A stretch of DNA of 64,000 nucleotides, taken from an uncultured Actinomycetes bacterium. GTDB taxonomy: Bacteria; Actinomycetota; JAICYB01. Below the pieces are notes generated by a model. That model did not search any database. It was not told where the DNA came from and saw nothing but the letters and a program-made list of their open reading frames with translations. The stretch spans positions 196,364 to 260,363 of the forward strand of contig CAVXYW010000001.1 in NCBI GenBank assembly GCA_963766295.1, read 5' to 3'. This document shows, piece by piece, positions 27,303 through 35,924 of this stretch; the first letter of the stretch is position 1; each line of letters starts with the position of its first letter. A program made the translations under genes and the position numbers.

Positions 27303-28526
27303 ATGAGTGGCTCACGTGCCACGACCTACCGGGCGAAGCGACGCTTGGTCGCCGTCGGTTGCTTCTTGGTCATCGCGCTCGGAGTTGTCGCGAGTGCGTC
27401 TGCATCACCAGCTTCACGCGCAGCATCGGCTGCGGCGGCGGCCCAGTGGATGGCGGATCAGCAGACCGCCAGCGGCGCGTTTTTTGCCGAAGATCTCCGC
27501 GTAGACCTGCACGCCGAGGCGCTTGCAGCAGCCGTAGCCGGCGGTATCGACGAGTCAACCCTCGAAGCAGCGTTGGAATACATCGAGGAAAACGGCGAAG
27601 CCGGTGCGACGGAAGGTGCACGTACCGGCCGGCTAGTCGCCGGCATCTTCGCCGGCGGTGAAGATCCGACCGACTTCGGCGACGCGGACTACGCGACGAT
27701 CCTTGCTTCGCAGTTCGACGAAACGACAGGCTCCTACGAGGACGGGACGGGAACACCTTACGGTGACAATCTCTTCGGCAATCTCATCGCTGCCAACGGT
27801 CAGATAGCAGCCACCGGTTCACTGCCGGATGAGGCGGTTGACTGGATCATCTCGCAGCAGTGCACGATTGGCGCAGATGCCGGTGGGTTCGGGTTCGCGA
27901 GGTGTCAATTCGGATCGGATGTCGACACCACAGCATTGGCCATCAATGCTCTCGCCAACTCCGGGACAAGCGGAGCCGGGGTCGACAACGCCCTAACGAC
28001 CGCGCGCACTTACCTTTTGAATGCACAGAACACCGACGGCGGCTACACCTTCTGCTGCGCAGGGACAACTTCCAGCGACTCGACCGGTCTCGCGCTTACG
28101 GCGGTATCCGCCCTCGGTGAGGACGCAGAGGCAACACCATGGGTCGACGGGGAGGGTGACGATCCCGTCGAGGCGTTGGAAAACCTCCAGCACGCCGACG
28201 GCTATTTCCGGTTCACCGAAGCAGACCCCGGCACCATCAACCTGTCGACCGTTAACGCACTGCCCGGTATGGCCGGTGAGTCCTACCCAGTGCAGCCTGC
28301 CGCCGTCGCACCCGATCCGACACCAACACCCGACGATCCACCGGACGATGACGACGCGGAGGACGACGAAACAACGACGCTCGACTCAGATTCCGCCGAA
28401 CCGCGGATTACCTTGCCCGACACCGGCACCGATCCCAGTAATGGACGGCCGGTGTGGCCTGTCTCGCTTGTTGCCATCGTCGGCGTCGCGCTGATGGGCT
28501 TGGCCAGAAACAAAAGAGCTCGGTGA
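27303..28526 (+). CDS. Secreted alpha/alpha-barrel (prenyltransferase/terpene-cyclase-repeat) protein with LPXTG cell-wall anchor
   Basis: Signal peptide is followed by repeated QW-like motifs (QWMADQQTASGAF, DWIISQQC..AGGFGF, LLNAQNTDGGYTF, NLQHADGYFRF). A PT/D-rich linker then leads to LPDTG, a TM helix and KRAR. Confidence 0.75.
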   Translation: MSGSRATTYRAKRRLVAVGCFLVIALGVVASASASPASRAASAAAAAQWMADQQTASGAFFAEDLRVDLHAEALAAAVAGGIDESTLEAALEYIEENGEAGATEGARTGRLVAGIFAGGEDPTDFGDADYATILASQFDETTGSYEDGTGTPYGDNLFGNLIAANGQIAATGSLPDEAVDWIISQQCTIGADAGGFGFARCQFGSDVDTTALAINALANSGTSGAGVDNALTTARTYLLNAQNTDGGYTFCCAGTTSSDSTGLALTAVSALGEDAEATPWVDGEGDDPVEALENLQHADGYFRFTEADPGTINLSTVNALPGMAGESYPVQPAAVAPDPTPTPDDPPDDDDAEDDETTTLDSDSAEPRITLPDTGTDPSNGRPVWPVSLVAIVGVALMGLARNKRAR

Positions 28527-29368
28527 AACTCTCCTTTCGTCGCGTGGCAGTCCTGGTCCTTGTTCTGTCCGCTGCGCTGGGAACGGTCGTGCTGCCATCC
28601 CCGAGGGCCGGTGGAGGAGGCTCCAATCGCGCGGGCGTGGTTGTGCGACAGAGCGATGGAACCGTTCGCGACATGTGCGTCTTCTTCGATGAAGAAGAGA
28701 TCTCCGGGTACGAGCTGCTCGTTCGTTCAGGCTTCGACTTCGAGGACGAAAACTTCGGTTACGGACATGCCATATGCAAGATCGGCCCGGACGGATGCGA
28801 CACATCCCAAGGCCAGGATTGCTTCTGCGACAAGTCCAAGTCGTGGAACTACCTCACCCGCAACAAAGGTGACCCGACCTGGGATCTGTCTCCGGTTGGC
28901 GCCGACTCGCGTGATGTCCGGGACGGCGATCTCGACGGTTGGTCTTGGGGCCCGAACGGTTCGCCTCCCAAGCCACCGGCAATGCCGTTCTCGGATGTTT
29001 GTCCGGCAGCTGCGGCTGCAACAAGCACGCCCCGGACGGTCCCGCCTTCGGGAGGAAAGAGCGGCGGCGGCGGCGACAGTCCTCCTTCCTCGGCCGGCAG
29101 ATCCGATCCGGACGGCGGTTCGGATCCAGCAGCGGGCAGGACGGAAACAGCCAGGCTCGAGCTCGAAGACGGCATCTCGCCCGAGCCTTCGGCCGGGAGC
29201 TCGCCAAAGTCAACGAACGGCGAACGCACCACTGCGCAGGAGTCCACGGACTCTGACGACACCGAGCCGGCCAGCTACCTGATGTTTGGAGGTTTCGCGC
29301 TCGGTTTCGCAGTGCTGGCTACGGCGCTCTACTTCATGCGGAGACGAAGAGCCCAGTCAGATACATAA
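28523..29368 (+). CDS. DUF4430 (transcobalamin beta-domain-like) protein, signal peptide plus C-terminal TM anchor
   Basis: GTG 28523 (GTGA overlap). SWNYLTRNKGDPTWDLSPVGADSRDVRDGDLDGWSWG fits the DUF4430 C-terminal pattern. Long S/G/P/D-rich linker, then YLMFGGFALGFAVLATALYFMRRRR. Confidence 0.7.
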   Translation: MKLSFRRVAVLVLVLSAALGTVVLPSPRAGGGGSNRAGVVVRQSDGTVRDMCVFFDEEEISGYELLVRSGFDFEDENFGYGHAICKIGPDGCDTSQGQDCFCDKSKSWNYLTRNKGDPTWDLSPVGADSRDVRDGDLDGWSWGPNGSPPKPPAMPFSDVCPAAAAATSTPRTVPPSGGKSGGGGDSPPSSAGRSDPDGGSDPAAGRTETARLELEDGISPEPSAGSSPKSTNGERTTAQESTDSDDTEPASYLMFGGFALGFAVLATALYFMRRRRAQSDT

Positions 29369-30527
29369 CGAGCACCCCTGCCGTGAAGCCGAGTGCGTTC
29401 AGCGGTGACGTTATTCCTTTGCCCTGCTTGGCGAGGAGCTTCCCGACCTCCCAAATGACCTGGACGATCGCACCCGCACCGATCGCGAGGAATAGAACAG
29501 CGAGTACCGGCGAGTAAGCCAGGCCGCCGAACCACGTCCCGAAGATCGTGGGTACGCCGGCAACAACACCGAGAAGGATGAGTTGTCTGATGCTCGGGCG
29601 TGCACGAGCCAACGGAGTGACGATGCCGAGTCCCTCCGTGATGTTGTGCAGCGTGAATCCGAGTATCAAGAACGTCGTCAGCCCGACCTCTCCGAGTGAG
29701 TAAGCAGCACCGATCGCGAGTCCTTCGCCGAGGTTGTGGAGTCCGATACCGATCGCGATGAGAGCAGCGACGTAGGACGCGGTCATCTCGGTTCGGCGCT
29801 GGCGCAGCCAGCCGTCGACTCCCCACAGCACCGCGAGCGCGGCGATGAACCCGAGGACGATCAGCCCGACACCCTGGAATGCGCCGGCTACTCCTCCGGA
29901 GATCTCCAGAGCTTCGTCGATTGCATCGACGGCGAGGAAGACCAACAATCCGGCGGTCAGTGCAAGGAAGAAGCCAACCCATTGCTCGGGAAGGCGACGC
30001 ACGAAGGGCAGCCAGCACAGGCCGAGGAAAACCGGAATAACTCCGACGAAGATGCCGACGAGCGTGAACGTCCAAAGTGCACTGGCGTCGACTTCGGGGG
30101 TCTCGACGGCGACGGCGATCTCGTGTTCGAACTTCACGCCTGAGGAAGACACGAGCACAAGGTGGTGGGTCTCACCGTCAACCCAGGGGTAAGGCACGTG
30201 AAGTGTGGCCGTGCCGAGCCGGCCCACTTCGGCGTCCGGAGATACCGTGAACTGCCAATACGCGTCGTCGACGAGAACTTGGGCGATCTTCACGGGGTCT
30301 GGGCCTCCGTTGCGAACCTTCACGACGATGTCTTGCGGATCGCTCTTCAGAGTCACGCGCTCGAAGGTGAGCTCCTCGACGGGCGGGAAGGCTTCACGCA
30401 CTCCCTCGAGAGGATCGGTGCGCACGAACGCGAAGATCACGAGCCCGAGTGCGATCAATGGAAGAAGACCGAAAACTACTACGCGAGATGTCGTCCTGCT
30501 TTCCGGCTTCTTCTCGCTAACGCTCAT
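29334..30527 (-). CDS. ZIP-family metal transporter with N-terminal TM helix and a roughly 120-aa extracytoplasmic domain
   Basis: C-terminal ZIP motifs GLHNLGEGLAIGAAY and FTLHNITEGLGIV. The N-terminal anchor and soluble domain are uncharacterised. Confidence 0.8.
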   Translation of the reverse strand: MSVSEKKPESRTTSRVVVFGLLPLIALGLVIFAFVRTDPLEGVREAFPPVEELTFERVTLKSDPQDIVVKVRNGGPDPVKIAQVLVDDAYWQFTVSPDAEVGRLGTATLHVPYPWVDGETHHLVLVSSSGVKFEHEIAVAVETPEVDASALWTFTLVGIFVGVIPVFLGLCWLPFVRRLPEQWVGFFLALTAGLLVFLAVDAIDEALEISGGVAGAFQGVGLIVLGFIAALAVLWGVDGWLRQRRTEMTASYVAALIAIGIGLHNLGEGLAIGAAYSLGEVGLTTFLILGFTLHNITEGLGIVTPLARARPSIRQLILLGVVAGVPTIFGTWFGGLAYSPVLAVLFLAIGAGAIVQVIWEVGKLLAKQGKGITSPLNALGFTAGVLVMYLTGLFVSA

Positions 30528-31623
30528 GAGCGGCCCTCAACGACATCGAAGAACCCCATCCAGCCGAGTTCGACGAACTCCGACTGATGGGCATGGAACA
30601 TGTGCATCCCGGGTTCGAAGTCGTGGAAGTGGAACTCGAGGATCCCCCTCTGCGCCTGAGCCTGCATGATCATGTCGGTGAACACGGTCGGGGTCGAGCG
30701 ACGTGCCCGTGTCGTAGTAGTTGAAGAAGTTCCCGTGCAAGTGGAACGAGTTGATCGGATCGAACTCCGTGAGGTTGACGAGGTAAAGCCGAACCTCTTC
30801 GTCGGTACCGACTCGGATAGGTGCGTTCTGATAGGCGAACGCGACGGTGTTAACGGCGTAGACCTCGTTCTCCGCGTCGAAGTCGGTGTCGAATGCGTTC
30901 ATGACCATGACCATCTCTTTGATGCCGGCGTCACGCGCACCTTCAAAGGTTCGCCTCGTTGCTGCTTCGACTTGGTCACCGTGCTTGGCAGGGTCCGGAT
31001 CGATGATGAATGCGCCGTACAGACCTTTGTGGATGTGACGCTTCAAGGGAGCCGAGTGGCAGTGGTAAAGGTGGCAGCCGAATGGGCCCGGCGTCGAACT
31101 CGTAGACCGTTCTGTCGTTGGGCTGGACGTCGCCGGCACCGATCCCGGGCACACCGTCCATGCGGGCCGAGTGGAAGCCGTGGAAGTGGATCGTGTGCGG
31201 GTGTGAGCTGCCGTTGATGAACTCGATACGCAGCCGGTCTCCTTCGGTGGCTCGAAGGGTCGGTCCTGGCACGCGGCCGTTGTACGTCCACGCCGGGAAG
31301 AACAAGCCCGGCGCGATCTCGATCTCTCGATCCTGCGCAACGACCGTGTACTCGCGAACGGTCTGACCGTTGGCTGCACGCGATACTTCACCGAAGTCCC
31401 AGTCGTAGAGGATCTCGGAAGGGTCGAAGCCGTTCTTCTTGTGGTCGACCGTCCCGACGGTTCCCATCGCTCCATGACCCGTGTGCACCGCTTCGTCCGA
31501 ACCTTGCTGTGCGTGCGAATGGGTTTGGGCATTGACCATTCGTCCCAGCAGTCCTCCGGACACCGCCGTCGCTGCGCCGATCCCACCGGCGCGCCGCAAA
31601 AGATCACGTCGCGAGATCTTCAT
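30524..31623 (-). pseudogene. Tat-exported two-domain multicopper oxidase, interrupted by two apparent 1-nt insertions
   Basis: Three frames join to give MKISRRDLLRRAGG..HTIHFHGFH..YEFDAGP|FGCHLYHCHSAPLKRHIHKGLYGAFIIDP..NSFHLHGNFF..SLDP|TVFTDMIMQAQAQRGILEFHF..MFHAHQSEFVELGWMGFFDVVEGRS*. Shifts are at about 31084-31091 (GGGCCCGG) and 30690-30693 (GGGG). The restored stop forms an ATGA overlap with the ZIP start. Confidence 0.75.
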
Positions 31624-32297
31624 GCCGCTCCCTCTCCGGGTGCCGCCGCTACTTGGACGGCTTCAGCCGCGTCCGATCCGACGACGATGTCGCTTCCGTC
31701 GACTTCGACACGGATGCCACCCCTGAAACGGGATTACCTCCGTTACACGGATCAGCGCGCCCGGACGCAACCCCAGTTCGGCGAGATGACGCAGAAGATC
31801 GGGGTCTCGGTCGCTCACGCGACGAACAACGAAACTCTCACCCGGACTCGACGCGTGCCGAGCGTTGGATACACGTCTTCGTCCAGCTCCAGACCCGCGG
31901 TCGGTATCGGATGTCCGTGCGGATCCTCCGTCGGGTAGCCGAGCAGCTCATCGAGACGCGACTCGAGTTCCTCCGAGATGTGGTGCTCAAGCGCGTCGGC
32001 CTCGGCGTGCACCTTGTCCCACGGCATCCCGACGACCTCGGCGAGATAGAGCTCGAGAAGGCGGTGGTGGCGGATCATCTCGACGGCTTCGCGTGTTCCG
32101 CGCTTCGTAAGTCGCACACCGCGATAAGGGCGATGGCTGGCGTAACCCATCTCGTCGAGCCGGCGAAGCATCCCTGAAACGGACGGAGCCTTCACGCCTA
32201 GGCGATCGGCGAGCGCCGACGTCGGTACCTCACTTCTGCTCCCGCCCAACTGATAGATGGCCTTCAGATAGTCCTGGACGGCGGTAGTCTCGGCCAT
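31620..32297 (-). pseudogene. DtxR/IdeR/MntR-family metalloregulator, interrupted by two apparent frameshifts
   Basis: ORF 31815..32297 encodes the HTH and dimerisation domains (..PSVSGMLRRLDEMGY..RHHRLLELYL..DPHGHPIP). The SH3-like C-terminus continues in two other frames (..PGESFVVRRVSDRDPDLLRHLAELGLRPGALIRVTEVIPFQ|GGIRVEVDGSDIVVGSDAAEAVQV..). Shifts are at about 31846-31860 and at the CCCC run 31720-31723. The restored stop forms an ATGA overlap with the oxidase start. Confidence 0.7.
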
Positions 32298-32299
32298 AT

Positions 32300-32327
32300 T
32301 TAGCCGAGCCTAACTCATTTCTTAGGC
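32300..32327. promoter_or_regulatory. Iron-box-like sequence TTAGCCGAGCCTAACTCAT and inverted repeat GCCTAA-N8-TTAGGC
   Basis: Immediately upstream of the DtxR-family start. By hand alignment, 12 of 19 positions match the IdeR/DtxR consensus TTAGGTTAGGCTAACCTAA. Confidence 0.35.
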
Positions 32328-32930
32328 GAAACGCACGGCAGACAGAAGCTCGCTTGCGTCAAAAGCACCGACGATCCCGGGCCGGCCGCTCAGGTAATCG
32401 GCGATCTGAAAGTCCGACATGTGATGCGACTCGCGTAACCCCTGAGCGACATGACGCAGGTATTCGGGAGAGGGTTTGCGGTGCTCGGCGATTCGATCCG
32501 TCACCGTCAGAACGTCGCGTCCTTCGTGCTCCCCAACGCATACGACCAACGGATAGAAGCCCGACTTCAAGTCAAAAGATTCTCCAGGTGAAATCTCGGG
32601 CAACCTGACATCCCCCGCCGGGACGTGGTTCTCCTGCGCTGTGATGTCCTCGAACTGTTCGCGCGTTACGAGATATATCCGGCTTCGCGCTCTCTCCTTT
32701 CTTGACAGATCGAGGAAGGCAACACCGTGTCCCGTCCAGGCACGGGACTCCTTTCCGAAGACGAGTGCTCCATCGAGTCTCCAGGGCAGCGTCGTTTCTG
32801 GATCTGTGCGATCACGACACCCGGGGTAGTCGTGCAGAGCACCTTCCGGTCGTCCACCTTTGATGTAGCAGTCGAATCTTGCGCGACTCAGATTCGATCC
32901 GTACGCGGCGTACCAGACGAAGTCGGTCAA
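32322..32930 (-). CDS. Gamma-glutamylcyclotransferase-like (GGCT/AIG2 fold) protein
   Basis: N-terminus FVWYAAYGSNLSRARF resembles the GGCT YGSNL motif. 202 aa. Overlaps the upstream GTPase gene by 4 nt. Confidence 0.5.
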   Translation of the reverse strand: MTDFVWYAAYGSNLSRARFDCYIKGGRPEGALHDYPGCRDRTDPETTLPWRLDGALVFGKESRAWTGHGVAFLDLSRKERARSRIYLVTREQFEDITAQENHVPAGDVRLPEISPGESFDLKSGFYPLVVCVGEHEGRDVLTVTDRIAEHRKPSPEYLRHVAQGLRESHHMSDFQIADYLSGRPGIVGAFDASELLSAVRFA

Positions 32931-33895
32931 GAGTGCAGAATCGCGAGGTAGTCGCCGTCGTTGACGACGTAATCCTTGCCTTCCACGCGAACGAGCCCCT
33001 TCTCGCGCGCGGATTCGTACGAGCCGGCCGCGACCAGATCATCGAAGGAGAGCCGCTCCGCCCTAATGAAGCCCTTTTCGAGATCGGTGTGGATCGCGCC
33101 GGCCGCTTGAGGAGCTTTCGAACCTCGTGGGATGTCCCACGACCTGGCTTCTTCGGCGTTGCCGGTCAGGAAAGTTATGAGATCCATCGTTTCGAAAGCT
33201 GCGCGTAGAAACCGCTCCTGAGCCGGGGACGTGATGCCGTATTCACGAAGCAGCTCGGCGGCATCTTCTTCCGGTAGGTCGCGTGCTTCCGACTCTACGG
33301 CGCCGAGCAGTGAAACAGACGGAGCGCCGGCAGGTGCATCAACGAGTTCGTGATCGGCGTTGATAACGAGCATGTAGGGCTTGAGTGTGAGCGGCGTCCA
33401 GAGGGATGCTGTTTGCAGCTGCTCCGGGGTCCAATCCACCTCAGACAACCAATGCCCGTCCGATAACGCCGCTTCTGCCTTTTCGGCGACTTCGAGCTCC
33501 AGCGGTGAACCGGCCTTGGCCTGCTTGGCTGCCCGGTCACGAACCTTCTCCATCGTCGACAGGTCGGCGACCGCAAGCTCAGCGCGAAACGAGGAAAGAT
33601 CTCGCGCGACGTCGACGTCGTCGCCAAAGGACCTGAGAACGATGGCCAGCGCATCAGTCGCGCGCGCAGCGCCGAGCGAGTGCGGATCGAGACCGGCAAC
33701 ATCGACGATCTCCAGCTGCGCATATGTCGTCTTCTTCGATCGGTAGATCTCGGCCAGCTTGTCGGTGCGAGCGTCCGGCACCGAAACAACGGCGACCGGA
33801 GCGTTGGATCCGCGCTGAGGAACATGTCCGGACACGGCGGTGAACACCGTCGACTTTCCAGACGTGGGCAGACCCACAAGGGCAACGTCACGCAT
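32927..33895 (-). CDS. YchF/Obg-like GTPase/ATPase paralogue with divergent G motifs
   Basis: G1 GLPTSGKST, G3 DVAGL, and a C-terminal TGS/DUF933-like region (ITFLT..SWDIPRGSKAPQAAGAIHTDLEKGFIRAE..GKDYVVNDGDYLAILH). 322 aa, shorter than canonical YchF. Confidence 0.75.
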   Translation of the reverse strand: MRDVALVGLPTSGKSTVFTAVSGHVPQRGSNAPVAVVSVPDARTDKLAEIYRSKKTTYAQLEIVDVAGLDPHSLGAARATDALAIVLRSFGDDVDVARDLSSFRAELAVADLSTMEKVRDRAAKQAKAGSPLELEVAEKAEAALSDGHWLSEVDWTPEQLQTASLWTPLTLKPYMLVINADHELVDAPAGAPSVSLLGAVESEARDLPEEDAAELLREYGITSPAQERFLRAAFETMDLITFLTGNAEEARSWDIPRGSKAPQAAGAIHTDLEKGFIRAERLSFDDLVAAGSYESAREKGLVRVEGKDYVVNDGDYLAILHS

Positions 33896-33912
33896 CCTGC
33901 GACTATACGGAC

Positions 33913-34827
33913 GTGAGGAACGTCAAAACGCGTCCGTACACACCTACGGGACTGCTGGCGATGACCAGCGGCGTGACCGTTTGGGGCATCGGCGTCATCG
34001 TTATCAAGCTCACGGTCTCCCCGTTCATGGTCGTTTCCGTCTACCGTCACGCATTTTCGATCCCGATCCTTTTCGTGGCGTGGATGTTCCACTCGGACAG
34101 AAGCTTGCCGTGGCGCGCAGCCAGCTTCGGAGGAGTTCTCTTCGCTCTGCACCAGATCGCACATCTCAGTTCGCTTCGCTATTCGACCGCTGCGGTGGTA
34201 ACGATCCTTTTCTCACTTCAACCGATCTTGGTCGGGACCTTCGGCGGACGCATCACAGGAGACAAGGCGACAAAGGCCTTCTTCGGATGGTCGGCGGTGG
34301 CCATCTGCGGCTGTGTCGTCCTCGTCGCCGCGTCATTCGGGCAGGCAGAGGCCACACCGCTGGGCACACTGCTCGCGACCTTGAATCTTGTGGCGTGGTC
34401 TGCCTATTACCTGGCAACCAAGCGCGCACGAGCGGCCACAGGAACGATCTCGTGGCTGCTGGTGATGACGATCGTCTCCGGCTTGATCGTCACTGCGATC
34501 GCGCTGATCGCGAACGAACCGTTCTTCGATGCGGACGCTGAAGAGTGGATCAAGCTCATCGCCATCGCTCTGGGCCCGGCGACGTTGGGCCATTTCCTGG
34601 TTACGTGGGCGCAGCCTAGGATCCACGTCGCGGCGTCCTCGAGCCTCAACCTGCTGGTGCCGATCGTTGCTTCCTTGGGGGCCGCTCTATTCCTCGACGA
34701 AGCGTTCGGTCCCTTACACGCGCTCGGTGCGGCCATCGCCCTGGGCGGTACGGCCGTCGCGATGCGAAGGCTGCCGCCACCCGTTGTCGAGGAGGCCACC
34801 GAGCGCTTCGGGGAGGTCGCGACCTAA
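33913..34827 (+). CDS. EamA/DMT-family transporter
   Basis: About 10 hydrophobic helices in two similar halves. The start could be ATG 33961 instead of GTG 33913. Confidence 0.8.
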   Translation: MRNVKTRPYTPTGLLAMTSGVTVWGIGVIVIKLTVSPFMVVSVYRHAFSIPILFVAWMFHSDRSLPWRAASFGGVLFALHQIAHLSSLRYSTAAVVTILFSLQPILVGTFGGRITGDKATKAFFGWSAVAICGCVVLVAASFGQAEATPLGTLLATLNLVAWSAYYLATKRARAATGTISWLLVMTIVSGLIVTAIALIANEPFFDADAEEWIKLIAIALGPATLGHFLVTWAQPRIHVAASSSLNLLVPIVASLGAALFLDEAFGPLHALGAAIALGGTAVAMRRLPPPVVEEATERFGEVAT

Positions 34828-34871
34828 GTCCATGCGCCTGCGGTTTGGCCGATGGTAATTAGGAGGAAGAG

Positions 34872-35912
34872 ATGAACATGTTCGAGGCCAACGATCACGA
34901 GCAGGTCGTGTTCTGCCAGGACCGCGCGACCGGGTTGCGCTCGATCATCGCCATCCACTCGACGCGACTCGGCCCGTCCTTGGGCGGCACACGCTTCTAT
35001 CCCTTCGAAACCGAAGCCGATGCCCTGGCCGACGTTCTTCGACTCTCACGCGCCATGACGTACAAGTCCGCCGCCGCAGGCTTGGACCTCGGTGGCGGAA
35101 AGGCGGTTGTGATCGGAGATCCGAAGAGTGACAAGACACAAGCCCTACTCACTTCGTACGCGAAGTACGTCGATTCACTCGGAGGTCGCTACATAACGAC
35201 AGAAGACGTAGGCACAACCGTCGCCGACATGAACGTCATCCGCACTCAAACGAACCGCGTCGCTGGATTCGCGGTACAAGATGGAGGCTCCGGCGACCCA
35301 TCGGAGGCGACGGGATGGGGTGCTTTCTCCGCGATCCGATCGCTTGCAAAACGATTGTGGGGGTCGGAGTCTTTGGACGGACGTCACGTCGCGATCCAAG
35401 GGGTTGGCAAGGTCGGCTCTTATCTGGCCGGGCATCTGGCCGGCGCCGGAGCGCGGCTGACGATCGCCGACGTGACGCCGGAGGCATCCGAAAGGATCAA
35501 GGCCGCGCACGGAGCGGAAGTGGTGGCCCCCGACGAGATCCACAAGGTCGAGTGCGACATCTTCGCGCCGTGCGCATTGGGCGGTGCATTGAATCCGGCA
35601 ACGATCTCAGAGTTGTCCTGTACGGCCGTTGCCGGTTGCGCCAACAATCAGCTGGCCACTCCCGAGTCGGCGCAGATACTCGCCGATCGTTCGATCGTTT
35701 ACGCCCCCGACTACATCGTCAACGCGGGCGGGGTGATCAACATCTCTTACGAGCTTGCACCGGGTGGATACAACCGTGATGAGGCCTTCGCGCACTGCGC
35801 CCGGATCGGCGAGACGCTCGAGCGCGTTCTCGACACGGCCGCGGAACTGAAGATCACTACAGCCGCGGCCGCCGATCGGCTCGCGGAGTCGCGCTTCAAG
35901 GCTGGCAGATAG
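34872..35912 (+). CDS. Leucine/valine dehydrogenase (Glu/Leu/Phe/Val dehydrogenase family)
   Basis: AGGAGG precedes the ATG. IAIHSTRLGPSLGGTRFYPF..GGGKAV..GVGKVGSYLAGHL. Confidence 0.85.
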   Translation: MNMFEANDHEQVVFCQDRATGLRSIIAIHSTRLGPSLGGTRFYPFETEADALADVLRLSRAMTYKSAAAGLDLGGGKAVVIGDPKSDKTQALLTSYAKYVDSLGGRYITTEDVGTTVADMNVIRTQTNRVAGFAVQDGGSGDPSEATGWGAFSAIRSLAKRLWGSESLDGRHVAIQGVGKVGSYLAGHLAGAGARLTIADVTPEASERIKAAHGAEVVAPDEIHKVECDIFAPCALGGALNPATISELSCTAVAGCANNQLATPESAQILADRSIVYAPDYIVNAGGVINISYELAPGGYNRDEAFAHCARIGETLERVLDTAAELKITTAAAADRLAESRFKAGR

Positions 35913-35924
35913 TAGGAAGGTTCC

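Noticed and set aside
30537-31623. Treating ORFs 30976-31623 and 30537-31607 as two separate overlapping genes
   Set aside because: Each contains only part of the multicopper-oxidase motif set, and each has an Arg-rich nonsense half. Joined across two shifts, they give one continuous oxidase whose stop couples to the ZIP start.
23301-32297. Programmed ribosomal frameshifting as an explanation for the six shifts
   Set aside because: No slippery heptamers or downstream pseudoknot-like structures are evident. The shifts are of mixed sign and occur in unrelated genes, so mutation or sequencing error is more parsimonious.
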